Origin: Spirochaetota bacterium
GTDB taxonomy: Bacteria > Spirochaetota > Spirochaetia > Treponematales > UBA12059
Direction: 5' to 3'
Length of the DNA: 64,000 nt
Assembly (NCBI GenBank): GCA_031402655.1
Contig: JANNSO010000031.1
Coordinates: 14,860-78,859, forward strand
A model generated the notes under the pieces. It saw only the letters and a list, made by a program, of their open reading frames with translations. It was not told the DNA's origin and ran no database searches. Below, piece by piece: positions 42,866-51,837 of the stretch. Positions within the stretch are counted from its first letter, which is position 1. Each line of letters starts with the position of its first letter. The position numbers and the translations under genes are program-made.

Positions 42866-45103
42866 ATGTTTACCAAAAGCAATGCTTTTACCTTGATTCT
42901 GGCAGTAACCTTGTTATCCAGCAGCTGCAAAAGTCCATTTAATTCCCTCCCGGATTCAAAATTCGGTAATATCTCCCTAGATTTCAGCGAAGGCGCCCGC
43001 AGCACCGTGCTGCCTCCTTCCGTGGAAACGATAGAGATAATCGCAAAGGCCGCCGATATGGCAACCGTGAAGCTGGTGCTTACCAAACCCGCTATGGCAG
43101 GCAGCATGGAAGTGCCGGCAGGGAGCGCGCGAAGCTTCGACGTTTTGGCCAAGAATCTGTCTGGAGTCGTTATTTACAAAGGACAGCAGCTGCTCGACAT
43201 CCAGGCCGGCTCCGTTCACGAGCTTTCGGTGGCGATGGCGGCTATTGTATCCCTTGTAACTTTTGACAGCCAGGGGGCTACAACCGCGGCGAGCCCGGCA
43301 ACAAAAACCGTTGTATTCCCTGCAACCACAGTGCTGACATTACCCTCCATTCCCATAAAAGCCGGCTTTAATTTTGTAGGCTGGTACACTGCGCCCGGTG
43401 GAGGCGGGATCGTGTTTGACGCTTCAACCTCGGTATTCGCGAATATTATCGTGTATGCATATTGGAGCGCAAACCCGGTTTATACCGTTACCTTCGATAG
43501 CCAGGGAGCTACAACTACGGCAAGTCCAGGCAGTTTGGCAGTTACCCTTCCCGCAACGACAGTCGTTACCCTTCCAACCGCCCCGATAAAAACCGGTTAT
43601 ACATTCAGCGGATGGTACACAGGGGTAAGCGGCGGTGGGTCCGTATTTAACGGGAGCACCCCGGTTGGCGCGAGTCTCACGGTGTATGCTTATTGGATGC
43701 CGCTTATCTACACGGTGACCTTTGACAGCCAGGCGGCTACGGTAAACGCAAACCCCGGAAGCTCGACAGTAGTTTTCCCCTCTACAATGACTGGTTCTCT
43801 TCCAATACCTCCTACCAAAATCGGCAATACATTCAGCGGATGGTATACGGCGGTAAGCGGGGGAGGAACCGTATTCACCGGGGGCACCCCGGTAGGCGCA
43901 AATATAACGGTATATGCCTTTTGGATACCCATTACGCATACGGTGACCTTCGACAGCCAGGGCGGAACGGCTGTGCTGCCAATCTCGGGTATTGCTGCTT
44001 CAACTTCCTTGGGATCGTTACCTGGAGCCCCGACGAAAACCGGTTTCTCTTTTTTGGGCTGGTTTACCTTGGTCAACGGCGGCGGGACATCCTTTATAGG
44101 AAGTACGATCGTTACAGCCGATATTACAGTGTATGCCTGCTGGAGACCTTATTTATATGCCGCCGACAATAGTTCGACGGGAGGACTTTATAGGTCGATC
44201 GATTTTGGTGCGAATTGGACGCAGGTTTATTCACTCTTCTGGGCATCCGCTATCGCTTCGAGCAGCGATGGAACGAAGCTGGTCGCCTCAGCAGGCCGGG
44301 CCGGCGGGGCGAGCGGCAATATTTATACCAGCACCGACTCAGGTCTCACATGGACGGTGCGAGCTGGCGCCGGGTCGAGGATATGGCTGGACCTTGCCTC
44401 CTCCGCTACGGGGCAATACCTCATCGCAGCTCCGTATGACGGCACGTATGATCTGTGGACTTCCGCCGATTATGGCGTAAACTGGGTTTCGCGTCCAACC
44501 GGTGGAGCGGGTGTCGGAGGAATGTATTGGACCCAAGTCGCCATTTCCGCCGACGGTTCCCATATGTCGGCGATAAACGGCGGCGATGCAGCCGGTGATG
44601 TAACCGTCTTGACTTCTATCGATTATGGTGCAACCTGGATAAAAAGCCTGAATGAGAAAGGTGCGCTCGCCTCTTCGGCCGACGGTTTGCGACTGATCCA
44701 CGGAGGCGGAGAAATAGGTGCATCCGCCTTGGAGGTTTCGACCGATGGCGGTGCCAGTTGGGCGGGAACCGTCTCAGGTAACCATTTCTGGACCGCTCTA
44801 GCCATGTCCGATAATGGTATGAACGTCGTCGCGGCCGCTTACGGCACGGTAACGGCAGGGTTGGGCGACTTTCTATACACCTCGACGGACGGCGGCATAA
44901 ACTGGTCCGTGAGAAATTGGGACGCGACCCCGCGCCGCTGGTCGAATCTCGCATCCTCAGCCGATGGCATAATTCTGTCCGCGGTTGTAGATTCGGGTAC
45001 AGGTAATTCCGTGTGGACCTCGATAGACGGCGGGGCTACCTGGGTGGAGCAGCTCACTTCGGGCGCCAGAACGTGGATGAGCGTCGCCATGACCAGGAAT
45101 TAA
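42866..45103 (+). CDS. Lipoprotein with four Listeria-Bacteroides (InlB B-type) repeats and a C-terminal BNR/Asp-box beta-propeller
   Basis: The lipobox is LLSSSC. There are four ~75-aa repeats VTFDSQG..T....LP..P.K.G..F.GW(Y/F)T...GGG..F...T.V.....VYA.W at nt 43247-44146. Seven SxDxGxxW boxes follow (SIDFGANW, STDSGLTW, SADYGVNW, SIDYGATW, STDGGASW, STDGGINW, SIDGGATW). Confidence 0.8.
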   Translation: MFTKSNAFTLILAVTLLSSSCKSPFNSLPDSKFGNISLDFSEGARSTVLPPSVETIEIIAKAADMATVKLVLTKPAMAGSMEVPAGSARSFDVLAKNLSGVVIYKGQQLLDIQAGSVHELSVAMAAIVSLVTFDSQGATTAASPATKTVVFPATTVLTLPSIPIKAGFNFVGWYTAPGGGGIVFDASTSVFANIIVYAYWSANPVYTVTFDSQGATTTASPGSLAVTLPATTVVTLPTAPIKTGYTFSGWYTGVSGGGSVFNGSTPVGASLTVYAYWMPLIYTVTFDSQAATVNANPGSSTVVFPSTMTGSLPIPPTKIGNTFSGWYTAVSGGGTVFTGGTPVGANITVYAFWIPITHTVTFDSQGGTAVLPISGIAASTSLGSLPGAPTKTGFSFLGWFTLVNGGGTSFIGSTIVTADITVYACWRPYLYAADNSSTGGLYRSIDFGANWTQVYSLFWASAIASSSDGTKLVASAGRAGGASGNIYTSTDSGLTWTVRAGAGSRIWLDLASSATGQYLIAAPYDGTYDLWTSADYGVNWVSRPTGGAGVGGMYWTQVAISADGSHMSAINGGDAAGDVTVLTSIDYGATWIKSLNEKGALASSADGLRLIHGGGEIGASALEVSTDGGASWAGTVSGNHFWTALAMSDNGMNVVAAAYGTVTAGLGDFLYTSTDGGINWSVRNWDATPRRWSNLASSADGIILSAVVDSGTGNSVWTSIDGGATWVEQLTSGARTWMSVAMTRN

Positions 45104-45145
45104 GTTCGTGAATTTTGTATGCATGCGATGCGCAAGGAAGGTTTT

Positions 45146-45862
45146 ATGAAGAAGTTTTTAATAGTCGCCTTTAGTCTTTTCGCGGCACTTTCCCTCTTCG
45201 CCGACGTTACCGCCACCGCGGTAAAAGGCGTGGTGGGCGTACTGGCGTCCGGCAAGCTGCAACCCGTCTCTGTGGACATGAGGCTCAGGGACGACGCCAC
45301 CATCGTAACGGGTGCCAATTCCGAGCTTACCATCACCGTGAACAACGGCACGCTTACCTTTAAGTCGCTAACCACGGCCAGGCTGAGCGGTATTGCCAAG
45401 ACTGATACAAGCTCCAGCGCGGCGGTAGCCCTTAAAAGCGGCACGGTGGTTTCCAGCGTCAAGCAGATACAGGGGCTCAAAACCAACTTTACGGTTACCA
45501 CGCCGGTAGGCACGTCCAGCGTGCGGGGCACTACCCATGCCGTCAGCTATAGCGCTGAGCGGGGCATGGGCGTAAGCGTAAGCTCGGGCGTGGTTACCGT
45601 CAGTTCGGCGCGCGGCGCGGCCAGGCCGGTCGCGGCGGGACGAAATTACGAGCAGGCTCAAAGCGCCTCTCCGCCCCAGGTCAGCACCCAGGCGGTTCAG
45701 GAAGCCGCGACCACCGGCGCAGTGGCTGCTTTCGCTCCACCGGAAGAAACCGCCATTGCGGCCGCGAGCGGAAACGACGCGTCGATACTTTCGGAAATCG
45801 TCAGTCTGGTCCTTGACTCTCCTACAAGCGGAACCGTACATGTTTCACTGGTTTTTCCATGA
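45146..45862 (+). CDS. Secreted FecR-domain protein (no anti-sigma domain, no TM anchor)
   Basis: The signal peptide is MKKFLIVAFSLFAALSLFA. ..ATIVTGANSELTITVNNGTLTF...FTVTTPVGTSSVRGTTHAVSY matches the FecR-domain pattern. An AAGGAAGG RBS is present. Confidence 0.7.
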   Translation: MKKFLIVAFSLFAALSLFADVTATAVKGVVGVLASGKLQPVSVDMRLRDDATIVTGANSELTITVNNGTLTFKSLTTARLSGIAKTDTSSSAAVALKSGTVVSSVKQIQGLKTNFTVTTPVGTSSVRGTTHAVSYSAERGMGVSVSSGVVTVSSARGAARPVAAGRNYEQAQSASPPQVSTQAVQEAATTGAVAAFAPPEETAIAAASGNDASILSEIVSLVLDSPTSGTVHVSLVFP

Positions 45863-45872
45863 AAGGTGCGGC

Positions 45873-46307
45873 ATGAAAAGAATGATGGTTAACATGATTT
45901 TTTGTGTTGCATTCTCCGCTGGCCTTGCGGCTCAGAGTCTTGAATCCGTTATGACGATAAGCGGCAAATCAGTTTGCACCATATCGGACATGTCTACAAT
46001 GATCCCGGCGTTTATCGATGCTTTTCCCGAAGATACCGGCTTGGCTGCGCGGCTTAAACAAGCGCTTTCAGCTTACAAGCCAGAAAAAACGCTTACCAAG
46101 GCATGGGCAAGTTTTGTGGCGGCAAAAAGCTTTCGGATACGGTCCTCCTTTTTCTTCGTGTTGATTCCTTTGGAACGCTACGCTTTTCGCGCCTTGGTCG
46201 TTGACGGAATTTTCAGTTCCTCAAGCAGCGGCGGAGAGACAATGAACGGTTCGGATCTTATGGATTTCGTGTCCGCCGTAAGTCAAAAATACGGTAGCGC
46301 GCCATGA
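45873..46307 (+). CDS. Small secreted hypothetical protein
   Basis: The signal peptide is MKRMMVNMIFCVAFSAGLAAQ. The gene lies 10 nt after the FecR gene, and its stop overlaps the next start (ATGA). Confidence 0.5.
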   Translation: MKRMMVNMIFCVAFSAGLAAQSLESVMTISGKSVCTISDMSTMIPAFIDAFPEDTGLAARLKQALSAYKPEKTLTKAWASFVAAKSFRIRSSFFFVLIPLERYAFRALVVDGIFSSSSSGGETMNGSDLMDFVSAVSQKYGSAP

Positions 46308-47599
46308 AAAAATACCCGCTTTTGCTCGTTTTTTTAGCCGGAATTTTCAGTTTATTTGCGCAGGAAACCGCCGTCGACGACGGATTTTTCTTGCCCCCGG
46401 AACAAAAAAGCGCCTGGTTGCTGGACTGGGGAGCTACGCTTTCTCCGGTAACTCTGTTCGAATATTCGGGAAGCTCGGGTATACTGGCCACTACGGCAGG
46501 CGGAAGCGCCTGGGCGCGCCTTAGCCTTCCGGGCCAATGGCGGCTTTATGCCAGGATTCGCGATACCCTTGTGTACTCCATTTTGCCCCTCCAGGTTCCT
46601 GAGAAAAGTTTTAATAACTTATGGGAACTGAATACCCTGTACCTGCAGACTGCCATTCCCGAAGCCGGTTTTACCCTTTCCATCGGCAGGAAGCCTTTTC
46701 TCCTGGGTTCCGGCCTTGTGCTGGCTGGCAATGGCGACGGAATCGAATTCCAGCTGGCAATGCCTGTCGTCGTGCTCAAAGGTTTCGGTTTCTTTACCGG
46801 TCTGCAAAAAACAGATTTTTCCGCCTACGGGATGGGTTCCTGGGACGATGAACACGGTGCCCAGCGCTACTTCGGCGGCTATTCGGCCGGTGTCGTCGTA
46901 GCTGGGCATGAACTATCGCTTCTGGGCATGTATCAGGGGGATTTTGGCCTGGACGTCGATCAACTCTACACCAGCTGGTACACGGGGCTGCAGGCCAAGG
47001 GGCTGCTCCTGGACGGCGAATATCTGCTGGAATGGTACCTGCAGAACGGCACAAGCCCTCTAGCCGCGATGAGCTCCTCCATTGTGGCTTTCGGTGGCAC
47101 TTGCCATTACGACATTGTATTGAAGGCAAAAACCTCCCCGAGCCTAGGCATGCAGTATTCCCTGGCTTCGGGAGACCCCGACAGGACCAGCACCCGGGGA
47201 TCCTTGGGCAATGCCAGCGGTTTGGATACGGCATTCCAGGCTTTCGGGCAGCTTGGTTCCGGCTCCGCCTTCAGGCCGCATTTCAGCAATATCCATATCG
47301 CCGGGCTGCTCTTCAGCTTTACGCCATTCGAGGCAGCCTCGAATGGTATCAGAAATACCATCATAAGCCTGAAATATTTTTATTACCTCAAGTACAGCAA
47401 GGCTGGCATCGTCAATACGGACGAGGCTCCTCTTCCCTCGAATGACCTCGGGCACGGCATCGACCTTTCCGCCCAATGGTCGCCGTATGGCGACGTCGGT
47501 TTCTTCCTTAATTCGGGCTTGTTTTTCCCGGGTACCGCGTTCCCCGCGGCGGAACCTTTCCGCTTCATCGTTTCCGGAGGCATGAGCCTTTCATTCTAA
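46304..47599 (+). CDS. Putative outer-membrane beta-barrel protein
   Basis: The signal peptide is MKKYPLLLVFLAGIFSLFAQ. The 431-aa protein is G/Y/S-rich with alternating strands and ends ..GGMSLSF (aromatic terminus). Confidence 0.55.
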   Translation: MKKYPLLLVFLAGIFSLFAQETAVDDGFFLPPEQKSAWLLDWGATLSPVTLFEYSGSSGILATTAGGSAWARLSLPGQWRLYARIRDTLVYSILPLQVPEKSFNNLWELNTLYLQTAIPEAGFTLSIGRKPFLLGSGLVLAGNGDGIEFQLAMPVVVLKGFGFFTGLQKTDFSAYGMGSWDDEHGAQRYFGGYSAGVVVAGHELSLLGMYQGDFGLDVDQLYTSWYTGLQAKGLLLDGEYLLEWYLQNGTSPLAAMSSSIVAFGGTCHYDIVLKAKTSPSLGMQYSLASGDPDRTSTRGSLGNASGLDTAFQAFGQLGSGSAFRPHFSNIHIAGLLFSFTPFEAASNGIRNTIISLKYFYYLKYSKAGIVNTDEAPLPSNDLGHGIDLSAQWSPYGDVGFFLNSGLFFPGTAFPAAEPFRFIVSGGMSLSF

Positions 47600-47636
47600 G
47601 GCGGGAGCCGTTTATTCCGAGCCAGGAGATGTGCAC

Positions 47637-50237
47637 ATGAAAAAAATGCTTGCCCGCCTGGGCTCCCTTACGAAAGGCGTCCCGGGCGCGCTGATAACGG
47701 CGGCGGCGACTTCCGTTTTGGTTATATTATTTTCGCTCACTCCGGCCCACCATAGGCTGGAATACGTCCTGTACGACTTGCGCTTCAAGCTTAAGCCAAA
47801 AGCCCAGCCTCTTCCGGACCTGGTGCTGCTCAACGTGGACGATGCCAGCATATCCAACGTAGGCGTCTACCCGTGGCCTCGTCATTATTACGCCTACGTC
47901 ATACGCCAGCTTAACGCCGTCGGGCTGGCCAACCTGGTGTTCGACTTCCAGTTCATGGATTCGTCCCCCGCGTTCCTCAATCTGGATGCCTTGTCAAATT
48001 TATATAACACCCTCGAGTCTGGCGCTTTCATAAAGGCCGAAGACCTGAATGCCGTCGCCATCAACAACGACAGCGACTTTGCATCCGCGACGGAGGAATT
48101 GGGGCGGGTTGTCATGCCATTCTCGTTTGCCAAAGTTCCCAGTGGACTATCCTTGAGTCCCGAGGCGCAGAGGGCAAAGGCAAAGGCCATCGCCCGCTTT
48201 ACCGAAAAAGCATCCCTGCCACTGCCGAAGGGTCGGGAAGCCCAATTCGGAGCGTTGGCGGATTCCGATCGCGTCGCTATCAACTATCCCATACCAGAGC
48301 TCATGGATGCTTCTTCGATTTTCGGTTTCGTGGACAACGATCCGGATCTTGACGGATCCCATCGGCGCGTTCGGCTGATACGCGTGTTCGACGGCAGGAT
48401 TTATTTCCATTTGAGCCTCGTTACTTTCCTGCAAATGTGCGGCGTAGATATTCAGGCGCTGGTAGTGGAACCAGGCAAGTCCATCGTTATAAAAAGCGCG
48501 GTTCATCCAGTAACGGGCAAGCGCGGGGACATAAGCATACCGATAGACAGGAACTGCGCCATATTCTTCGATTGGATGGGTGACTTTTCGCAGACGGCCC
48601 GCCTGGAACCCGCGTATTCGCTGATCGAGTACGCGATGTACGCGGAGCAGTTCGAGATGCAGCTTATGCTCAAGGACATGGTATCGGGAAAAAGCGAACG
48701 GGTGGATCTCGATTCTAAATTGGCGATCCTGAAGGCGGCTATCCTTACGGAAAGCGATTTCGAGAAGAAGTTCCCGCTGAGGAGGGAATATCGCGCTACC
48801 CTTGAAAAGTATAAAACAGTGATCAAGGGCTACACGGACGAGACCAAGGCGGAATATGACAAACTGCTTACGGCCAAGGAAGCCGGGCAGCCGGTCGACG
48901 AAGAGAGCCTTTCCTCCTTGCGTATCCTCATGAAGGCCATCGATATCAAGACCAGGGTGGATTATCTTTTCGATACAGTCGCGGTAATGGGTCTTACCGC
49001 GGCGGGCACCCAGGACGAGGGAGTAACTCCGTTATCAAATAATTACTGGATGGTGGGTTCCTATCCTACGGCCATAAACACCATGGCTCGGGGCAAATTC
49101 ATCCGCGAGGTTCCAAACTATATCGAGTACATAGCCATCGTTCTTCTGGCCGTCGGCCTGGCTTTATTCATACACGACCGCAAGGCTAAGATTTCTTATA
49201 CTGCCATTGGCATCGTATTCCTGATCGTAAACGCGGCAATAATCCTCTTGTTTTTCAAGGCTTATTTGTGGCTTGATCAGGTCAGCCTCAATCTCGCGTT
49301 TGTTTTGCCCTCGGCGCTGCTCATGGTGACGAAGTTTGCCAGCGAGGAGGACGACAGGCAGTATATCCAGGGGGCCTTCTCCAAGTATCTGTCGCAGGAA
49401 GTCATAAACCAGATAATCGCGAATCCCGATGCATTGAAGCTCGGCGGCCAGTCCTGCACCATCACCACGTTCTTCTCCGACGTACAGGGATTTTCATCCA
49501 TCTCCGAAAAACTCAGTGCCGAAGGTCTCGTTCAACTACTTAACGAATACCTGTCCGAGATGACGGATAACATCATGAAGAACCGCGGTACCGTGGACAA
49601 GTACGAGGGCGACGCCATCATGGCCTTCTGGGGTGCACCGCTCAATTACCCGGAGCATCCGTATTTTGCATGCCTGTCCGCCCTGGAAATGCAGCGACGC
49701 CTCGTGGAGATGCGCGAAACGTGGAAAAAAGAAGGGCGGCACGAGCTTAAGGTTCGCATGGGAATCAATTCGGGTCTTGCCGTCGCCGGGAACATGGGCT
49801 CGCATACGCGCATGAACTACACGGTCATGGGCGACTCGGTAAATCTTGCTTCCCGTCTCGAGGGCGCCAACAAAGTGTATGGAAGCTATACGATGGTAAG
49901 CGAAAATACCTGGGTGGCGGTAAAAGACAAGTTTGCGTTCCGCGAGCTGGACAGGATACGTGTGGTGGGAAAGAGCGAGCCGATCAAGGTTTTCGAGCTG
50001 CTTGAACTGCCGGGTTTAGTTCCCGACCGGAAGCAGGAAATCGTGTCTTTCTATGAAAAAGGCCTGTCGTTTTACAAAGAGCGCCGCTGGAAGGAAGCAC
50101 TAGTAAATTTCGTAAAAGCCCTGAGGATCGATATGGACGATGGACCGAGCAAAACGTATTACAAGCGCTGCCAGGCGTTTTCGCAGACTCCGCCGCCGGA
50201 AAATTGGGACGGAGTATCCAACCTCAGCTCAAAATAG
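47637..50237 (+). CDS. CHASE2 sensor-domain class III adenylate/guanylate cyclase with C-terminal TPR-like segment
   Basis: The CHASE2 hallmark is LLNVDDASISNVGVYPWPRHYYAYVIRQL. Three TMs follow. The cyclase core is TTFFSDVQGFSSISE...DKYEGDAIMAFWGAP...MGINSG..VAGNMGS. The start could be the ATG at 47637 or the GTG at 47631. Confidence 0.85.
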   Translation: MKKMLARLGSLTKGVPGALITAAATSVLVILFSLTPAHHRLEYVLYDLRFKLKPKAQPLPDLVLLNVDDASISNVGVYPWPRHYYAYVIRQLNAVGLANLVFDFQFMDSSPAFLNLDALSNLYNTLESGAFIKAEDLNAVAINNDSDFASATEELGRVVMPFSFAKVPSGLSLSPEAQRAKAKAIARFTEKASLPLPKGREAQFGALADSDRVAINYPIPELMDASSIFGFVDNDPDLDGSHRRVRLIRVFDGRIYFHLSLVTFLQMCGVDIQALVVEPGKSIVIKSAVHPVTGKRGDISIPIDRNCAIFFDWMGDFSQTARLEPAYSLIEYAMYAEQFEMQLMLKDMVSGKSERVDLDSKLAILKAAILTESDFEKKFPLRREYRATLEKYKTVIKGYTDETKAEYDKLLTAKEAGQPVDEESLSSLRILMKAIDIKTRVDYLFDTVAVMGLTAAGTQDEGVTPLSNNYWMVGSYPTAINTMARGKFIREVPNYIEYIAIVLLAVGLALFIHDRKAKISYTAIGIVFLIVNAAIILLFFKAYLWLDQVSLNLAFVLPSALLMVTKFASEEDDRQYIQGAFSKYLSQEVINQIIANPDALKLGGQSCTITTFFSDVQGFSSISEKLSAEGLVQLLNEYLSEMTDNIMKNRGTVDKYEGDAIMAFWGAPLNYPEHPYFACLSALEMQRRLVEMRETWKKEGRHELKVRMGINSGLAVAGNMGSHTRMNYTVMGDSVNLASRLEGANKVYGSYTMVSENTWVAVKDKFAFRELDRIRVVGKSEPIKVFELLELPGLVPDRKQEIVSFYEKGLSFYKERRWKEALVNFVKALRIDMDDGPSKTYYKRCQAFSQTPPPENWDGVSNLSSK

Positions 50238-50243
50238 CCGGCT

Positions 50244-50693
50244 TCAATCGCCTTTCAGCAGGCTCACTACTTCCGCCGCGTCTGAGGCGTTGGCCAAAGC
50301 CCTGCAAAAAGCCTTGGAGCGGGACAATCGCGCGATCTCGGAAAGCGCCTCGATGTGCGGTCCCGACTTATCGGGCGGCGCTACTATAAGAAAAAATAAC
50401 TTCGACGGCGCTCCGTCCATCGAGTCGAAGGCAACGCCTTCGGGGGCTATGCCGATGGCCATTGCAAGGTCTGATACGGCGTCGGTCTTGCCATGAGGTA
50501 CGGCGATTCCGTCGGTCAGGCCGGTGCTTCCCAGCGATTCGCGCGTAAAAACAGCCTTTTCGACCTTGGCCTTGTCGGATACCTTGCCCGCTTCGAACAG
50601 CAGGTTGATGAGTTCCCGGATTATGCCGTCCTTATCCTTCGAGGCCAGCGGTACCCGTACTACAGATTCGTCTATCAATTCAATCAATGACAT
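50244..50693 (-). CDS. ptsN: PTS EIIA type-2 domain protein (EIIA-Ntr / PtsN-like)
   Basis: ..STGLTDGIAVPHGK.. contains the phosphorylatable His context, and the length is that of a typical stand-alone EIIA-2. The ATG at 50693 is preferred (AGGAAAGG RBS). The track start is the GTG at 50702. Confidence 0.8.
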   Translation of the reverse strand: MSLIELIDESVVRVPLASKDKDGIIRELINLLFEAGKVSDKAKVEKAVFTRESLGSTGLTDGIAVPHGKTDAVSDLAMAIGIAPEGVAFDSMDGAPSKLFFLIVAPPDKSGPHIEALSEIARLSRSKAFCRALANASDAAEVVSLLKGD

Positions 50694-50713
50694 AATTATC
50701 ACCTTTCCTGCGT

Positions 50714-51199
50714 TTACAAGGCATCGTACATTTCGTCGATCCGGTCTTCGTTTTTAGCGATCAGGACGGAGCAGGATACCATTCGCGCGGCCCGCTCCGT
50801 CTCATTCGACATTTCGTCCCGGCGGGAGCGAACCTCCGGAGCCTCGCCCAATACCAGCAAGTCTATTCCCAGTTGATTTACCTTGTTCTTTATTTCGGCG
50901 GAAACCGAACCGCTGGCGATTTCCGCCGCGATGGAGACCTCTTTTTTTCGGCCGAGTTCGCGAACCTTTTTTATGTGGCGATCCACGTCCCCTTCAAGGT
51001 CGCGGCGGTATTCCTCCCGTTCCGACTCGAGGAAAATATGCGCCTGCACAAGGTCCGAGAGGGCGCGCGTGTTTATGACGGACAAGGCAAAAAGCTCGGC
51101 GTGCATGGAGCGCGCAAGAACGATGGCCATGCGGACGGCCGCATAGGACTGTCCCGAACCGTCGACATAGACTAGAATTTTTCTAATAGCCTGCATCAT
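50714..51199 (-). CDS. Universal stress protein (UspA family)
   Basis: KILVYVDGS.. is followed by ..DLLVLGEAP... and a typical Usp alpha/beta pattern. The start overlaps the atpD stop (ATGA). Confidence 0.8.
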   Translation of the reverse strand: MMQAIRKILVYVDGSGQSYAAVRMAIVLARSMHAELFALSVINTRALSDLVQAHIFLESEREEYRRDLEGDVDRHIKKVRELGRKKEVSIAAEIASGSVSAEIKNKVNQLGIDLLVLGEAPEVRSRRDEMSNETERAARMVSCSVLIAKNEDRIDEMYDAL

Positions 51200-51834
51200 C
51201 CCTGTCTTTCCTCCTCTTTGGCCGCCGCGAGGCGGTTTTTTACGAGTTTCATGAGCGTAAAGGTGTCGCGCTCGTTTTCTTCGAGCCTGTCCCGTACGAA
51301 ACGCACCGATTCCTCGAGGTCGGGAACCGCGATTTTTTCCAGGGCGTTAACTTTTCTTATGGTTCGCTTTACTTCCGCGGCCAGACGCATTATGGATACC
51401 TTGAGTTCTGCGAGCTTGCCCATCAGCCTCAGCGCATCCCGGAATTCCTTTGCTGCCGCGTCCAGCCGGGGGCTGGTGTCCATGGGGCTGTAATACGGAG
51501 CCTTATCGATTACCGTGGTGTCCACGATGGGAACGCCCACGCCCATGATTTTCCTCTGGCGCAGCTGTATTGCCGAACGTATGTCGATGGCGCTCGCCAC
51601 CGATCCTACTTTCAGCTTGCCCATTCCAAGGACTGCGTCTTCAAGCGCGGCAAAGGCGACGGACAATTCCGCTGCCATTTTGTCGTCCATCGCCGCAGCC
51701 TGGTCCACGAGCGTCATCAGCTCGGTCACAAGTATGCTTCGCTTCTGGTCAAGGAGCTCGCGGCCGAGTTTGGCGAACGACAGTTCCTCCTTGAGCTTGA
51801 GAAGGTTAGACTTGGTAGGCGCAACGTTCCTCAT
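51196..51834 (-). CDS. atpD: V-type ATP synthase subunit D
   Basis: NVAPTKSNLLKLKEELSFAKLGRELLDQKR is the canonical subunit-D N-terminus. Confidence 0.9.
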   Translation of the reverse strand: MRNVAPTKSNLLKLKEELSFAKLGRELLDQKRSILVTELMTLVDQAAAMDDKMAAELSVAFAALEDAVLGMGKLKVGSVASAIDIRSAIQLRQRKIMGVGVPIVDTTVIDKAPYYSPMDTSPRLDAAAKEFRDALRLMGKLAELKVSIMRLAAEVKRTIRKVNALEKIAVPDLEESVRFVRDRLEENERDTFTLMKLVKNRLAAAKEEERQG

Positions 51835-51837
51835 CGC

